From Tubiluchus corallicola (taxonomy: Eukaryota; Animalia; Priapulida), in NCBI GenBank assembly GCA_030141605.1, contig JAQGDQ010000002.1, positions 2,294,001 through 2,358,000 of the forward strand: DNA of 64,000 nucleotides. Direction: 5' to 3'. The notes beneath the pieces were generated by a model. The model did not search any database, had not been told where the DNA came from, and was given only the letters and a program-made list of their open reading frames with translations. Every line of letters starts with the position of its first letter. The stretch's first letter is position 1. Made by a program: the position numbers and the translations under genes. Shown in pieces: positions 1 to 13,000 of this stretch.

Positions 1-1565
1 AGGACACTCTCCAATAACTAATACAGTACAAGTCAAGAGTTGAGAAACAAGGACACTCTCCAATAACTAATACATCACAAGTCAAGAGTTGAGAAACAAG
101 GACACTCTCCAATAACTAATACAGTACAAGTCAAGAGTTGAGAAACAAGGACACTCTCCAATAACTAATACAGTACAAGTCAAGAGTTGAGAAACAAGGA
201 CACTCTCCAATAACTAATACAGTACAAGTCAAGAGTTGAGAAACAAGGACACTCTCCAATAACTAATACAGTACAAGTCAAGAGTTGTGAAACAAGGACA
301 CTCTCTAAATAACTAATACAGTTCTAGTCAACTATTGTGAAACAAGAACACTCTCTCAATAACTAATACAGTTCTAGTCAACTGTTGTGAAACAAGGACA
401 CTCTCTCAATAACCAATACAGTACAAGTCAAGAGTTGTGAAACAAGGACACTCTCCAATAACTAATACAGTACAAGTGAAGTTTTGTGAAACAAGGACAC
501 TCTCTAAATAACTAATACAGTACAAGTCAAGAGTTGTGAAACAAGGACACTCTCCAATAACTAATACAGTACAAGTGAAGTTTTGCGAAACAAGGACACT
601 CTCTAAATAACTAATACAGTACAAGTCAAGAGTTGTGAAACAAGGACACTCTCTAAATAACTAATACAGTACAAGTCAAGTGTTGTGAAACAAGGACACT
701 CTCCAATAACTAATACAGTACAAGTGAAGTTTTGCGAAACAAGGACACTCTCTAAATAACTAATACAGTACAAGTCAAGTGTTGTGAAACAAGGACACTC
801 TCTAAATAACTAATACAGTACAAGTCAAGAGTTGTGAAACAAGGACACTCTCTAAATAACTAATACAGTTCTAGTCAACTGTTATGAAACAAGGACACTC
901 TCTCAATAACCAATACAGTACAAGTCAAGAGTTGTGAAACAAGGACACTCTCCAATAACTAATACAGTACATGTGAAGTTTTGTGAAACAAGGACACTCT
1001 CTAAATAACTAATACAGTACAAGTCAAGAGTTGTGAAACAAGGACACTCTCCAATAACTAATACAGTACAAGTGAAGTTTTGTGAAACAAGGACACTCTC
1101 TAAATAACTAATACAGTACAAGTCAAGAGTTGTGAAACAACGACACTCTCTAAATAACTAATACAGTACAAGTCAAGTGTTGCGAAACAAGGACACTCTC
1201 CAATAACTAATACAGTACAAGTCAAGTGTTGTGAAACAAGGACACTCTCTAAATAACTAATACAGTACAAGTCAAGAGTTGTGAAACAAAGACACTCTCT
1301 TAATAACTAATACAGTACAAGTCAAGAGTTGTGAAACAAAGACACTCTCTTATTAACTAATACAGTACAAGTCAAGAGTTGTGAAACAAAGACACTCTCT
1401 TAATAACTAATACAGTACAAGTCAAGAGTTGTGAAACAAAGACACTCTCTTAATAACTAATACAGTACAAGTCAATAGTTGTGAAACAAGGACACTCTCT
1501 CAATAACTAATATAGTTCAAGTGAAGCTTTGCGAAACCAGGACATTCTTTCAATAACTAATACAG
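1..1565. repeat. Tandem satellite/minisatellite, ~49-50 bp monomer (AACAAGGACACTCTC[C/TA]AATAACTAATACAGTACAAGTCAAGAGTTGTGA), ~31 copies in view, truncated by the window start
   Basis: Monomer read directly from the sequence. Variant blocks recur at a 497-bp offset (e.g. 371-420 vs 868-917; identical ORFs at 406-624 and 903-1121). The array degenerates at ~1500-1565. Confidence 0.97.
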
Positions 1566-2009
1566 TTTTTGTGCTACTCTTTTTACTTAAACCTGATGCA
1601 TAAGCTCTGCTACAGTTTCGTAATCAAAACTGTTCATATTTGACTCAAGATCAGCTGTGCTTTTATATGGTTGAATTGCACTAATCATGTCATCTATACT
1701 GTTTGCTAATTACATATAATTCTACCCAACTGAGAATGGTAGTGAAATGTTTCGAGCCTTAAAAATAATACAATAGCCATTATCATAAGAATAAAATGAG
1801 AAATGTGTTTATAGCCTTTGTAATATGTAAAGAATTCCTTATATTCTAATGGACTTGCGGGAGCTGAACTATTGTTACTCCAAAGTGCCAGCATACAAAC
1901 TGTGCTGGATAAAGATAAATAAACCTAAAATTGGATTCCTTTAGTAAAGACTGTAAGTGCTGCCCAAATGTATGCATGTAGCATGAAAAACATAATGTAA
2001 GAGAGTTGC

Positions 2010-3422
2010 CTTTTTGGATCCACCAAGTGAATGATGCTCAGAGAAACTGACCACTTTCCGCGTGTTGCTTAGAAATGTCCACATGATGACCAGCCTTTTT
2101 TATCTTCCACAATATGAGCCACTACAGTAAGTTTTTGACTTGGAGAATTAAGGAAAAAGTGCCAGATTTACTTGAGCAAAGCTATGAATACTTGCACATT
2201 TAAAATTTATTACCCAATATGGCAACCCACCCGCAATGATAACCTACAGTATTGGCAATGATTTCTGAGTAAAAACTTATTTTCAGGCACGAATTTCCAT
2301 TTAAAATATATAGCTATTTTTAGCACCACTGCTAAAACGTATGAAACTTGCATTACCCCCTATTCAAATCAGGGTTAACATATACCCTAAAACCAGCTGT
2401 AAGTGGGGCAGGATGGGTTCACAAAGTTATTAGATTAAAAGGAAAATCAATATGTTACGACTATGGAACAGCCATTTCAATTTAGACGATAATATATTGA
2501 TAATAAATATTTATATGAGATTGTATCCTTTTGATATCTTTTGATATAGTAATATCAGTCAACATTGATGACTGTAGATCAATACTTTTAGATAAATATA
2601 AATTTGAATGACTAGAATTGGTAAGCAAAAAAGCAGGTGAAGTAAATTAAACATAACTCTAGCACAGAAAATTAAATGAACATCCCTCTCACTAGATCTT
2701 AAAGATCACTGCCCGCTAAATTTAGATGTGGTGTTATATCACAAAGAACAGAAACGAGCTGCTCAGGACATACACAATGAATAATGAATTTGTACACGTG
2801 TGTAACCAAAATAAAATTGAAGACAAACATTATTTTCTTAAAGAATGTAATTAATTACAATTTGAGAAATGTCTTTTTTGAACAATGCCACATTTTAAAT
2901 GACAAATTTTCCTGAAACGACATTACAGGAAAATTTATGTACATAATGTGAAACAATGAGTTGACTAGCTCTAAGTCAGATAGTAAAGTTTATACAGAAA
3001 ACATATATGGAAAGACAGCAAACTAAACTGTCAGACGACACTAGCAATGAAGTATTTCCTTTGTCATCAAATAGACTTTATGTATCTATATAGTGACTTA
3101 TAATCTTGTGTTGATGGGTTTTATCATTTTTCTGTTATGCATAACTGTTATGTTTTGTAATAATTATGAAAACATATCACTTAAATAAATATCACTGTTG
3201 CTGCTGAAAGTTGTGCCATACCTTATACTTTCATACATTTATCTTTTTTACAAAGCTCTTTGTGCAGTAAGTAATTCTTTGTGCATTTGGACATATAGGT
3301 ATATTTTAAGAAACTGGTGCCACATAAAACCTTAGTTTTGTACATGTGTGCAATTCTGCCACCACAATTCTAATGACTTCATCAACAAAAACCATACTTG
3401 GCAACAATTGGATAGCCACCAT
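2010..3422 (-). pseudogene. Acyl-CoA thioesterase (ACOT/BAAT family) pseudogene, copy A; exon 1 (3344-3422) and decayed exon 2 (~2010-2139)
   Basis: Exon 1 [26 protein letters not shown] aligns with exon 1 of copies B and C. Exon 2 QKLTVVAHIVEDKKGWSSCGHF* has CAA>TAA at 2069-2071, two 1-nt deletions relative to the paralogs, acceptor AG>AA (2140-2141) and a GC in place of the GT donor. Confidence 0.85.
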
Positions 3423-6119
3423 TCCTTCTGGTACAGTAGAAGTTTCATGTTTTACAAGCAAACAAACCAACCAAATAACCAGTTAAACCCCAACAACTAA
3501 TTAAGCTGAGTTAAGTCATGATCAAGCTTTATCAAGCAAATAAGAAGCACTGACCACAAATAATTCATTTTTATCATTTCAAAGACATTTATTGCAAAAA
3601 AATTTCAAGCTTATCAGGTCAAAATTAATAATTACTTGGGTATAAAACCTGAAACCATGCTTTATTGCAATTTCATAAGTGAAGAACATGTACATGCATT
3701 AAATACTACAATGCTATAGGCTTCTAACTTGCATTAAGAATTTGAGTTTCTTTTCATCATTCTTCTCTTTCATTTTATCATCATTGAAGTAGCTTTTTAT
3801 CCAATATGTGCTACAGAATAGCTACGTTAGAGAACAAATATTAGCTTATCATCAACTGTTTGTTTACAATAAACAGTGTGTAAGCACATCTGCTAGCCAA
3901 TTATCCTTTTGAGGACTTACTCTTGAGATGCATTACACGGTGCTTGTACTATTGTTTGCTATTTTCTTATACTTAAATTTTTTTGCATAATTTTCTTTCA
4001 TTATTTTGTATTTTTTCCATATGTCTTATGGTTATGTGCTCATTTTCATAATTGTGCTTTTCAGTCATTATGCTACTGTCTATGTTATTACATAAAAACG
4101 TTAGGTTAATTAGCAATGGATTGACTTGATGAACATGTTTTTTTTTTGCTTCCCGAATGGTACTGGTCACTTATGTTAAAATCACAGATGCATGCAAAAT
4201 TTTTTTAGCCACATGTACGTATGCATGTATCACAAGTATATCTAAACTTCTTTAAGTGTGTTTTCTTTCAGCTCAACAAAAGCAACACTTTGCAATAAAT
4301 TGTATTTATAAGACGATGGTCATGTCTGCAGAACCAGTTTGTTCACCAAAGCACGTGCTCTTCTGGTGTTTGATTAGAAAAATATGCAAATAGACTTATC
4401 TGGTTAAAGACCCTGTAGTTTGGTCTAGGCTGGTTATTCACTGTATGTGAACTTTGCAGTGCGGAACAAAGAATGTTTTACATTTGTTCTCCGTGATAAA
4501 CGAGTTAAAGTAACTTAACGTGTTTAAACAGCAATGTTGCAAATGAGGGCTAAAATAAAACTTATCTCAATATTTTGGGCCATGTAACTATATTTCAATA
4601 CAGCTGGTTCTGTTCCACACCATTTCAGGTTAAAAAGTGCAGAAGTAAAAAAAGTAATTTCATTTAATAAAAACTTATACAAGAAATGGTGCAGAGGAAA
4701 AAGTGAAACCGATTAAGTTCCCAAATACTTACAGACAAAAAACAGTATAGGCAAAAATACACAATGTGTGATTTCAAATTACAACGGGGTATTCATGTTA
4801 AGACGCACATTACTTTCATACATTCTGGCTTAACCATATTTAAATTGCAAAATACAAATACAAAACAAAAGTCGTATTTATGCAAAAAATGAGAAAAAAC
4901 ACCATAGATCAACAATTCACAAAACGACTATGAATGAACTTTATTAGTAAAATTCATGCAAAAATACTAATTACCATTCAGACAATGCAGCAGCAACAAG
5001 AAAATTACTTTGAACCTTCTCTAATTCTGATAATCCCAATGTACAAAATCCTTAGATAAAACTTTTTTGAAAGCCAGAATTTTTTTAACTTATATAAACC
5101 AATAGCCGCATCAGTTTCTAAAATTATTTCATCCAATTCATGGTGTTCAAATTCGAAACCAATTATTTTCATACATACAAAAATGACTGCAGTATTGGTA
5201 TGATCTATGTTAATATGTGCAATATTTTTGTGAGTAACATCAAATTACTAAAACATGTATTAGGCTTACCATGAAACTGAAATTAATAATTAGATATGCA
5301 ATACACTAGCCATAACAGCATATCACCGTTTAAAAAACAATGTTAATGCCTAAATTTGGTTACACAGTAATTACAATGAATACAAGAGATAATCTTGGTC
5401 AGATATAGACAGAATGTTATCCAACAGCTAAAACAAGTTAAACTAGAATCTTACACAAACTTATTACAATGACCAATGACAAATCTCACACAAAAAGTTT
5501 GCATTTTTAAGATTGCAGTCATGCTGCCCAATCAGACATTGTCTAGTCCTGATGTATGCAACATATACTGAAAGAAGAAATTATACAAACTTGAGAGTAT
5601 AAAATATAAAATGTGGGTGCAGTTATGCTCTACACATACTATGAACTGCAGCGAAATGTTTATAACACCCAACTATCTAAATTACATTATATGACAAAAA
5701 TATAAAGGATGTGAACATGCGGCAAATAGTAAATAAGCTGTAACATTATAAGGCTACAGATCCATAATGGCAGTAACATAATGCTTTCAAAAGCAATTAA
5801 GGAAAATCCACAAATGATGAGATTCATGCTAGAGTAGCAATTGCCCATCACCATCACAAAACTAAGTAAGAAGGCTGGGGGAATGCCAGTGGACACTGCA
5901 TGTAGTGAGTTCAGCTAAAGACTGCTGATGATAGTAGTGACAGAAGACAATGAGTATCTGAGGATGGAGATGGATGTGAGTGGTAGTAGTATGAGTAATA
6001 CATGAAAAGAGGGTAGTATAAAAGCTTTTGCAAGCGTGTGTCTAATAACAATAAGCAATAGTAGAGGATAATTTATTACATAAAAGTATTGCTAAAACAA
6101 TACAGAAACCATGACAGTC

Positions 6120-6545
6120 TCAATGTTTATTGTGCAAACCGTACGCAGTTTGCAATCTTAAATAATATGATCAGGGCAGTGACCCAAGAACTCTGAGATT
6201 TCATTCAAGCGAATGGCCTTGAAATTTACCTGGATCAATACACTGGGGTTATCCTGAGAGAAAGAGTGGGGTTATCCTGAGAGAAAGAGAAAGTGATTGG
6301 AGACCATGCCACTCCTTTGTATTCAAAATACAAGTTTGCAAGACACTAGCGAGATGTGTTGGAGGGGATCTTGAGTTCGATACTGATCTCGAGGCGCTGA
6401 TCAAGGCTTGTCCATTAAACATTGAGCGCATGACAGTATCCCTATTGTTTCAGCAATACTGTGATATCATAAATAGTTCTATTCTATTACTCGTCATTTT
6501 TTACCCGCCAGTAAAAGTAACACATACATATATATATTTGTGTAC
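6120..6545 (+). mobile_element. Probable 3' fragment of a decayed non-LTR retrotransposon with an internal 23-bp tandem duplication (6244-6266/6267-6289)
   Basis: Higher-GC island. The translation KVIGDHATPLYSKYKFARH resembles the I..D..HPL...R motif at the C-terminus of L2/Rex-type ORF2 (recognised from memory). Ends in a (CATA)/(TA)n tail. Confidence 0.4.
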
Positions 6546-7057
6546 ACACATATAGTATTAATGATCAATGGTCTCACTGCAGAAAATTGTGACAATTGGC
6601 CACAAAGAATGAAAAACTGCAAACAAACAAATTTCGTGAGATAAAATACAGTATTTACAGATTACATACAGAGAATTATAGATTACAACCTTACAAATTA
6701 CAAGACAGTACACATTACATCTCACAAAACCCATAAACCTAAATTGCATATACAAAAAAGATCACTCATATACAATTACAATTTACAATCTTATACACTT
6801 GTATTTAAAGAAAAAAAATCTGTGACTGTATCCAAAACTAGTATTTTTTACAAGTAAGAAAACTTGAAAGCTATTAAAGGCAACTACAACTAATACCTTT
6901 TTTATGTCACAAGATTATGAATATTACTCAGTGTTAATAATTATCTGATTTGCAGCCATCATTTTACATTCTTTCTGTATTAAAAACTTGCAACCAGTTT
7001 ATATAAGTTTATATAAACACTTACCTTCACTCATAAAAGGTTCAAAACACACCTCTT

Positions 7058-10000
7058 CTATAGTTTGCTGTTTGCTGGCAATGCTCGAGTGTTGCAAACA
7101 TGTTGTCGAAAAAATGATAAAACTTTCTTCCAACTGTCTTCCTGGGCAAAGCTGTGTTCCACAACTTTACCTCCAAATGCTGATAATGCACCTGAGACAA
7201 CCAAAACAGTGAAAAACGATCTACAAAAAAACTTTGAAGCAGTTTGTAAAAATGCTGTTAGTTCACAAATACTCTCAAAAAATTATCATTTGCTTAACTC
7301 AATTCTTATCATAAAGTGCGTACCTACATAAAACAGTTCTTAGTACTCGCATTAACTGACTGAAGTCATTTTTATATTCCACCAACGAGCACAAAAAATT
7401 ACAAAATACAAAACTGTACACAACTTGCAAAAATATGAAGCATGCTCAGATTTGATAGCGCATGCTAATGAAACTACAGATAATTGCTTCACTCCAGGAG
7501 CACCGTAACATTGTGACAAATGGGACATTTGGAATTTTGAATACTAATGGGACTTACAGCTAGGTGTTCACAGAGAGTTCCACAATCTGCTAGAATTATT
7601 GGTTTATACAAATTTGTAAAACTGCAAAGCTATGCTACAAGTGATAATGTTAGCTTGTTATGAAACTAAGCAGCCCGAATCGATTAAATCAATACCGAAA
7701 CGTAAGAATTTACACAAATAAGTTTTTGCGAGATTTCTTAATAATAGAACTTGAATTTGAAAATTAGTGTAACTAATGAGTTCGTATTAGTTTTTTGTAT
7801 TTGTGCTACTACAGCTCAACTATAATGTAGCATTCTAAACACAGCCAAATTTGTACAATAAATTAAATATTGCATTTTGTTCTGATATAGAGCACTATGA
7901 GTAAAACCATCCACGAAGGTAGTAATCCATAATTAGTATACAATTGTGGAATGCGAAGCACTGGGTTACTTACTTGCTCTTAATGAAAATAAAAAGAAAT
8001 ATAATAATAATTAGTAGAGACATATTTTTGGTTGGAAGCTTCAAGCTCCTCGCACAATTAACTTTGTGCTAATGGCCAATTCCTATGTACAGACCTGCAG
8101 ATGTATTTTATTTCATTAAACTATGTTTTCCGCAACTGCATGACTAGTTCTTCGAGATATGTAGTGCTAGTAGACTACCATGACAAAGCATTCTTGTGCC
8201 AAATGTCAGCTGCATAGTTGCTCTACAAGCCGAGCTATGGCCCTTTTTCAACTAACCAATTACTTCGCAGGAGAGTAACTAAAACATATTACATGAACAA
8301 GAATAACAACAATATCACAACGAAACAAGAATATTTACAGATCTACTTTGCAACCTAACCAAAAATAACAAATTTTAAAAGATCATGACCTACCAAACAA
8401 ATGGTGCCAGCTATTTTTAATATGTGGTGTATATGGAGGGTCAATCACATGTCCAGCTTCCGGATAAACAAGCACTTCATAATTTGTTACGCCATGTTTC
8501 TTCATATAATCAGTTAAAGCTGCACAGTTCTTTCCAGCATTTACACATTTATCATCTGCTCCATACAGGAATAAAAGTTTTGCCGTTGCTTTTTCAAACT
8601 ATGTAAAAAGTGTCTTGTTACTGCTTATACAGGAATTTGAAGAAACTGCCACTAGGCATGTAAATATATTCAACATGAAAAAAGTTTCAAATTTTTCCTA
8701 AAATGAAATCATTACGAAGCCTTAATAAAAAAAATTAAAATAGAGATTGCTATAACCTGTTGCTATTGCTAAAATATGTATTGCTATTATGCTGCTTGGA
8801 GTGTTTATTTGCACAGACACAATAACATACATTGATAATTATCAAAATTTGATCACGATATAGTACACTTAATATCACTGTTACAATAAAAAAAGTGTCT
8901 GCAATTTTCTTTGTCAATTTTTTGGCTAATTAGGGTTAAAAAAAACTAAACGTGCTTATGACTTAGTTATGTTACAAATATGAACATACTCTGGCATAAT
9001 ATAGTACTTGGTTTAAACAAAGCAGGAAAGCTTTCCATACATTTATTAAAGAGTGACAGTTTTTCGCCATGAAATCAAATGCACATTGATATTATATTAT
9101 GAACCAAATATGAAACAATACCATGGGCGTGAGTATCATCACATAAAAATTTTATGTAGCATTTGACTAATGGCACTGACACAATTATGTCTAAATTAAA
9201 TTCTTTTGGTGTATTCAGACCCTTCTGTGAAGGAATAGAAAGCATTATTTCAGATCCTTAATTCTTAAAGTAAAGGTTTACAAAAATCAGTAAATGTGCT
9301 GAGAAATCACAAGTGTGTTAGTGTCATTAAACACAGAGTTTATAATTCTAATTAGATGCCAAAACTGGACGAAAAGACTTTGATGACCCAGAAGCACTTG
9401 AAAATTTCTTTAATTATACAGTTGAAAAACAAGGATCTGCAGTGTGTCAGCACATTATTTTGGCTTTTAATAAAACACACTGTAAACAAAGTGAAAATGC
9501 AAATAAAAAGTCAAAGTTAAAATGCCTATAATGAACGACTTGACAAATATTTATCGAAGACACGGATTTATAGAACCAATTTCACAATGTTAAACATCTT
9601 TAATGTTAAACACCAGCATTGGTTCACATTGGTGACTGCAGATGAAACATTTGAAGCACCAATTCATATTAGTGTGAACTAGCCTATGCTTCATTAAACA
9701 GATAAAGTACCAGTATCATTTTTCTTATAGAATGCTTGAGTACCACATCGTATATGTAACATGCAACTGCCTATACCTTTTCTGTATCTAGCTGTTTTCG
9801 CTAAGCTGTAGACAAACAAATGCAGTCACTTTTCTTTACTTTGATGCTGACAACCCAGAGACTTAATATAAAAAAAAATTCTGGTGGAGAAATCTGTGAC
9901 TGAAATGGATAGACATGCTCTCCTCAACAGTAGAAGTCAAGTAGGACTAAGTCAGTCAGAAAATAAATATGAATCTAGATTATTATGACGCATTTCTAAT

Positions 10001-13000
10001 AGCTGGTGATTTGACTAATGAACACCTAACAAGGATTAAATTGAATTTCTACACTTCTTACGATGTCTGAATATCTATTATCTAATAATTACTTCAAAAA
10101 TCCTTTTCTATCCACAATACAGGAAATTACAAGCACTGCTTGATATAGATGATATGCTGTGGGTGGACATTTGTAAACGTGCACAGCAAGGGACTGAGAG
10201 CTATGAAGACTTGTGAGTGGCTGTTGGTGGTGTCTGAATAGCGCATGTGAAAAAGGTTATGATGAGAATAAATATTTAACTGCTTGGCAGATGTAAAAAA
10301 TACCCTTGAAAAGAGTGCACCGCTTCCTGACTTTACCACACTCATTTTTCGGAAAACGTCATTCAGAAATACAGTCCCTGTCATTTGAGCTAGTTACAAA
10401 ATAATGGTACTGTTAAGAATAATGAGCAACAAAATAATAAATATATTTATGTGTGTGTATTATGAGTTTTTTAATGATGACTCTACATTGTTTCATACCT
10501 GAATGATAGTTTCAGGCTGAATAACGATATTTGGCCCTTGAAAAGATATTCCTTCATCATACTGAACAAAATCGAAAATATCACTGAAAAACAATGAATA
10601 ATTGTGATCAAATTTTCTTATTCAAGTAATTCTAGCATGTAATGTTAACATATGCGAAGTGTTTTTACCAGTTATCATACAATTAAATTAATGGTTATAC
10701 ATTAATCACTAGTACAGTAGGCGCCGCTTAATAGACTCACGGTTATTCGCTTAATTGACTCAAATGCCTGGAACAGGCCACTTCTATTCAAATATGCATA
10801 AAACTATCGGTAACTGACTCAAATAACTCCGCATAATTGACTCAATATTTTTCCTTCACCTACTTAAAATAAGATATTTGTATCTGCCAAAAGAGTCTTT
10901 CCTACTTTTATGTCATCTTTACTTTCCTATTATGCACTATATATGCAGAAACGATCATGATAAGTACCGTTTTGTTTGTAAGCAGGTAGGTTTATCATGT
11001 GCTAATACGATAGCGTAGCAGTTTTGCTTTGAATCTGTTACCAACTGGCCCACTGTTACCCAAAGAATTCTGGAAGCTAAACATTTAATCACTTGCCTAG
11101 CAGTTTCCTTTTGACGCTCTCGTTGCAAATCACATTTTCAGGTTTAATGAGTTAACAGTCAAAGAAGCAGGTACAGTATAATCAGCTGGTATTCCTTCTG
11201 ACTTACAAGAGTAAATATCGTACAGCAAATAAGAGCAAAGTAAGTTAGCAGATGATTCAGCGCTGTTTTAGTCATGCACAACAACAGCTTTTCAACGTTT
11301 TTATAATTACAAGAACTTTGTGGGTCACCTCCTTTGCGAGAAAATGAAGCAGCCGACATTGAAGGAATTTTTGTAATATATGAAAATAAATAGACATTTA
11401 GAAAAGTATACTATTTAATTTATTGCTAATTCACTTATATACATTAATATTTTAAAATATTTTTCTAATTTTTAACAAAGAAATTTAGGCATTACTTCGT
11501 TTCTGAAATTCATTAAAAACCTTTGCAGTGCATAGCAAGCTAGTGACTCATACTTCTATAGCTGTAATACTATACCCATCGGTTAATAGGTTCAGTCGGT
11601 TAATTGGGTCAAAACACGTCTGTCCCAAAGTGAGTCAATTACGTAGCACCTACTGTATTCCATTATATGTAAGCCATGTAGAACACCACACAATTTCTTG
11701 CATTAAATGTTAAAATCATAACTTTGTGTTAACATTTTGTTGTAATGCTGTATTAAAATATTTATAGCAATGCAGTTTATTCTCACCTAAATGAAAACTG
11801 TTTTCCTTTATATAAAGTGTAAGCGCTATGTGCCACACAAGCTCCTATAGCAACAACAGCTCTAACCTAAAGTGAAAATTCAGGATCAGTAACAGACACG
11901 AATAAACTGAAAGGCAAATCTTACAGGTCAAAAAAACATACATTTCACTTGGATAATTAACAGCATTGTCAAGAAGAAAATTATGCAATAAATGTATAGA
12001 AAAACAAAAGCCGGACACGAAACTTATGGTTATTTTAGTATTATATTAGAGTATGTGAAGTTTCTTGTAGACCCAGAGAGTTCTCTGTTTGGTCCTGTTT
12101 TTTTTATTGGCTTAATTTTTGGAACACATTATTACGAAAATGTATTGATAAATCCTTCTTAGATTATCTGCAACCAAATTATAGTGCAGAATTGATGAAA
12201 GAACATTCTATAAAACATTGTAATCACTAGCTTAGAAACTCAATTTTAACTAAAATAATTTAAACTAACAGAGTCGGCAAATCAAACAGCATTGTGCCAA
12301 TGTTTACAGTTATACAATTGCAAAAATTGAGTTAGCTTACAAAAGTCAACAGTTTGGAGAACGACTGATTTTTAAATTGTTGTTTCCTCCTTAGACAAAA
12401 CAAGTTTTTGTAGAAACATGAAATTTATTATTTGGAATGACGTTAACTTGCCTTTTGCATTTTAAAAGTTGCCAGCATAACTGCAGAGAGTTTACTAGTT
12501 ACTTCTACTGTTGGCAAGGAAACAGCATGTACTATTTTTAAATCTTGGCAACGATGCTGTTGTAGAACCTTTACTTTTTGCTCTGTTCAGTGTTATATCT
12601 CCATTTAGACTCAGTTCTTTATGCACTTCGCCGGCCTACTACTATCTGTATTTTAGAAATTCATATCGAGACATATATTGAAACTCTAGAGCTGTCCATA
12701 TTTAAGTCTTTTAAAATCCAATCACTTCTGAACATTGTATTTTGAATCCTTGCTTTCTTGTGTTACTGATGTCCAGGTGTAAAAAATTCATCACGTTTGA
12801 AAGACAGACAGGCCATTTGGATGACAAATCCTCAATTAATTAAATTTTGATACCAAATTTGAAAGAAAGAAAACATGAAAACGTTGGGATGCAGCCCACA
12901 TTTGAACCAAAAATCTGCTTATATTGCAGAAGCCTTAAGGCCCATCGATCTCCCAGTAGTCAAGGCAGTCCAAAGTTCATTCCCGATAGCTGGCCAATCA

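Noticed and set aside
406-1121. Two identical 72-aa Cys-rich ORFs (406-624, 903-1121)
   Set aside because: By-product of the 99-bp satellite dimer being a multiple of three; no real ATG start and stops in neighbouring monomers.
1-1565. CRISPR-like appearance of the regular repeat
   Set aside because: No unique spacers, whole monomers repeat, no cas genes, eukaryotic context.
6988-7331. Plus-strand ORFs 6988-7212 and 7065-7331 (likewise 8424-8606, 15540-15809, 35958-36161)
   Set aside because: Antisense shadows of minus-strand ACOT exons.
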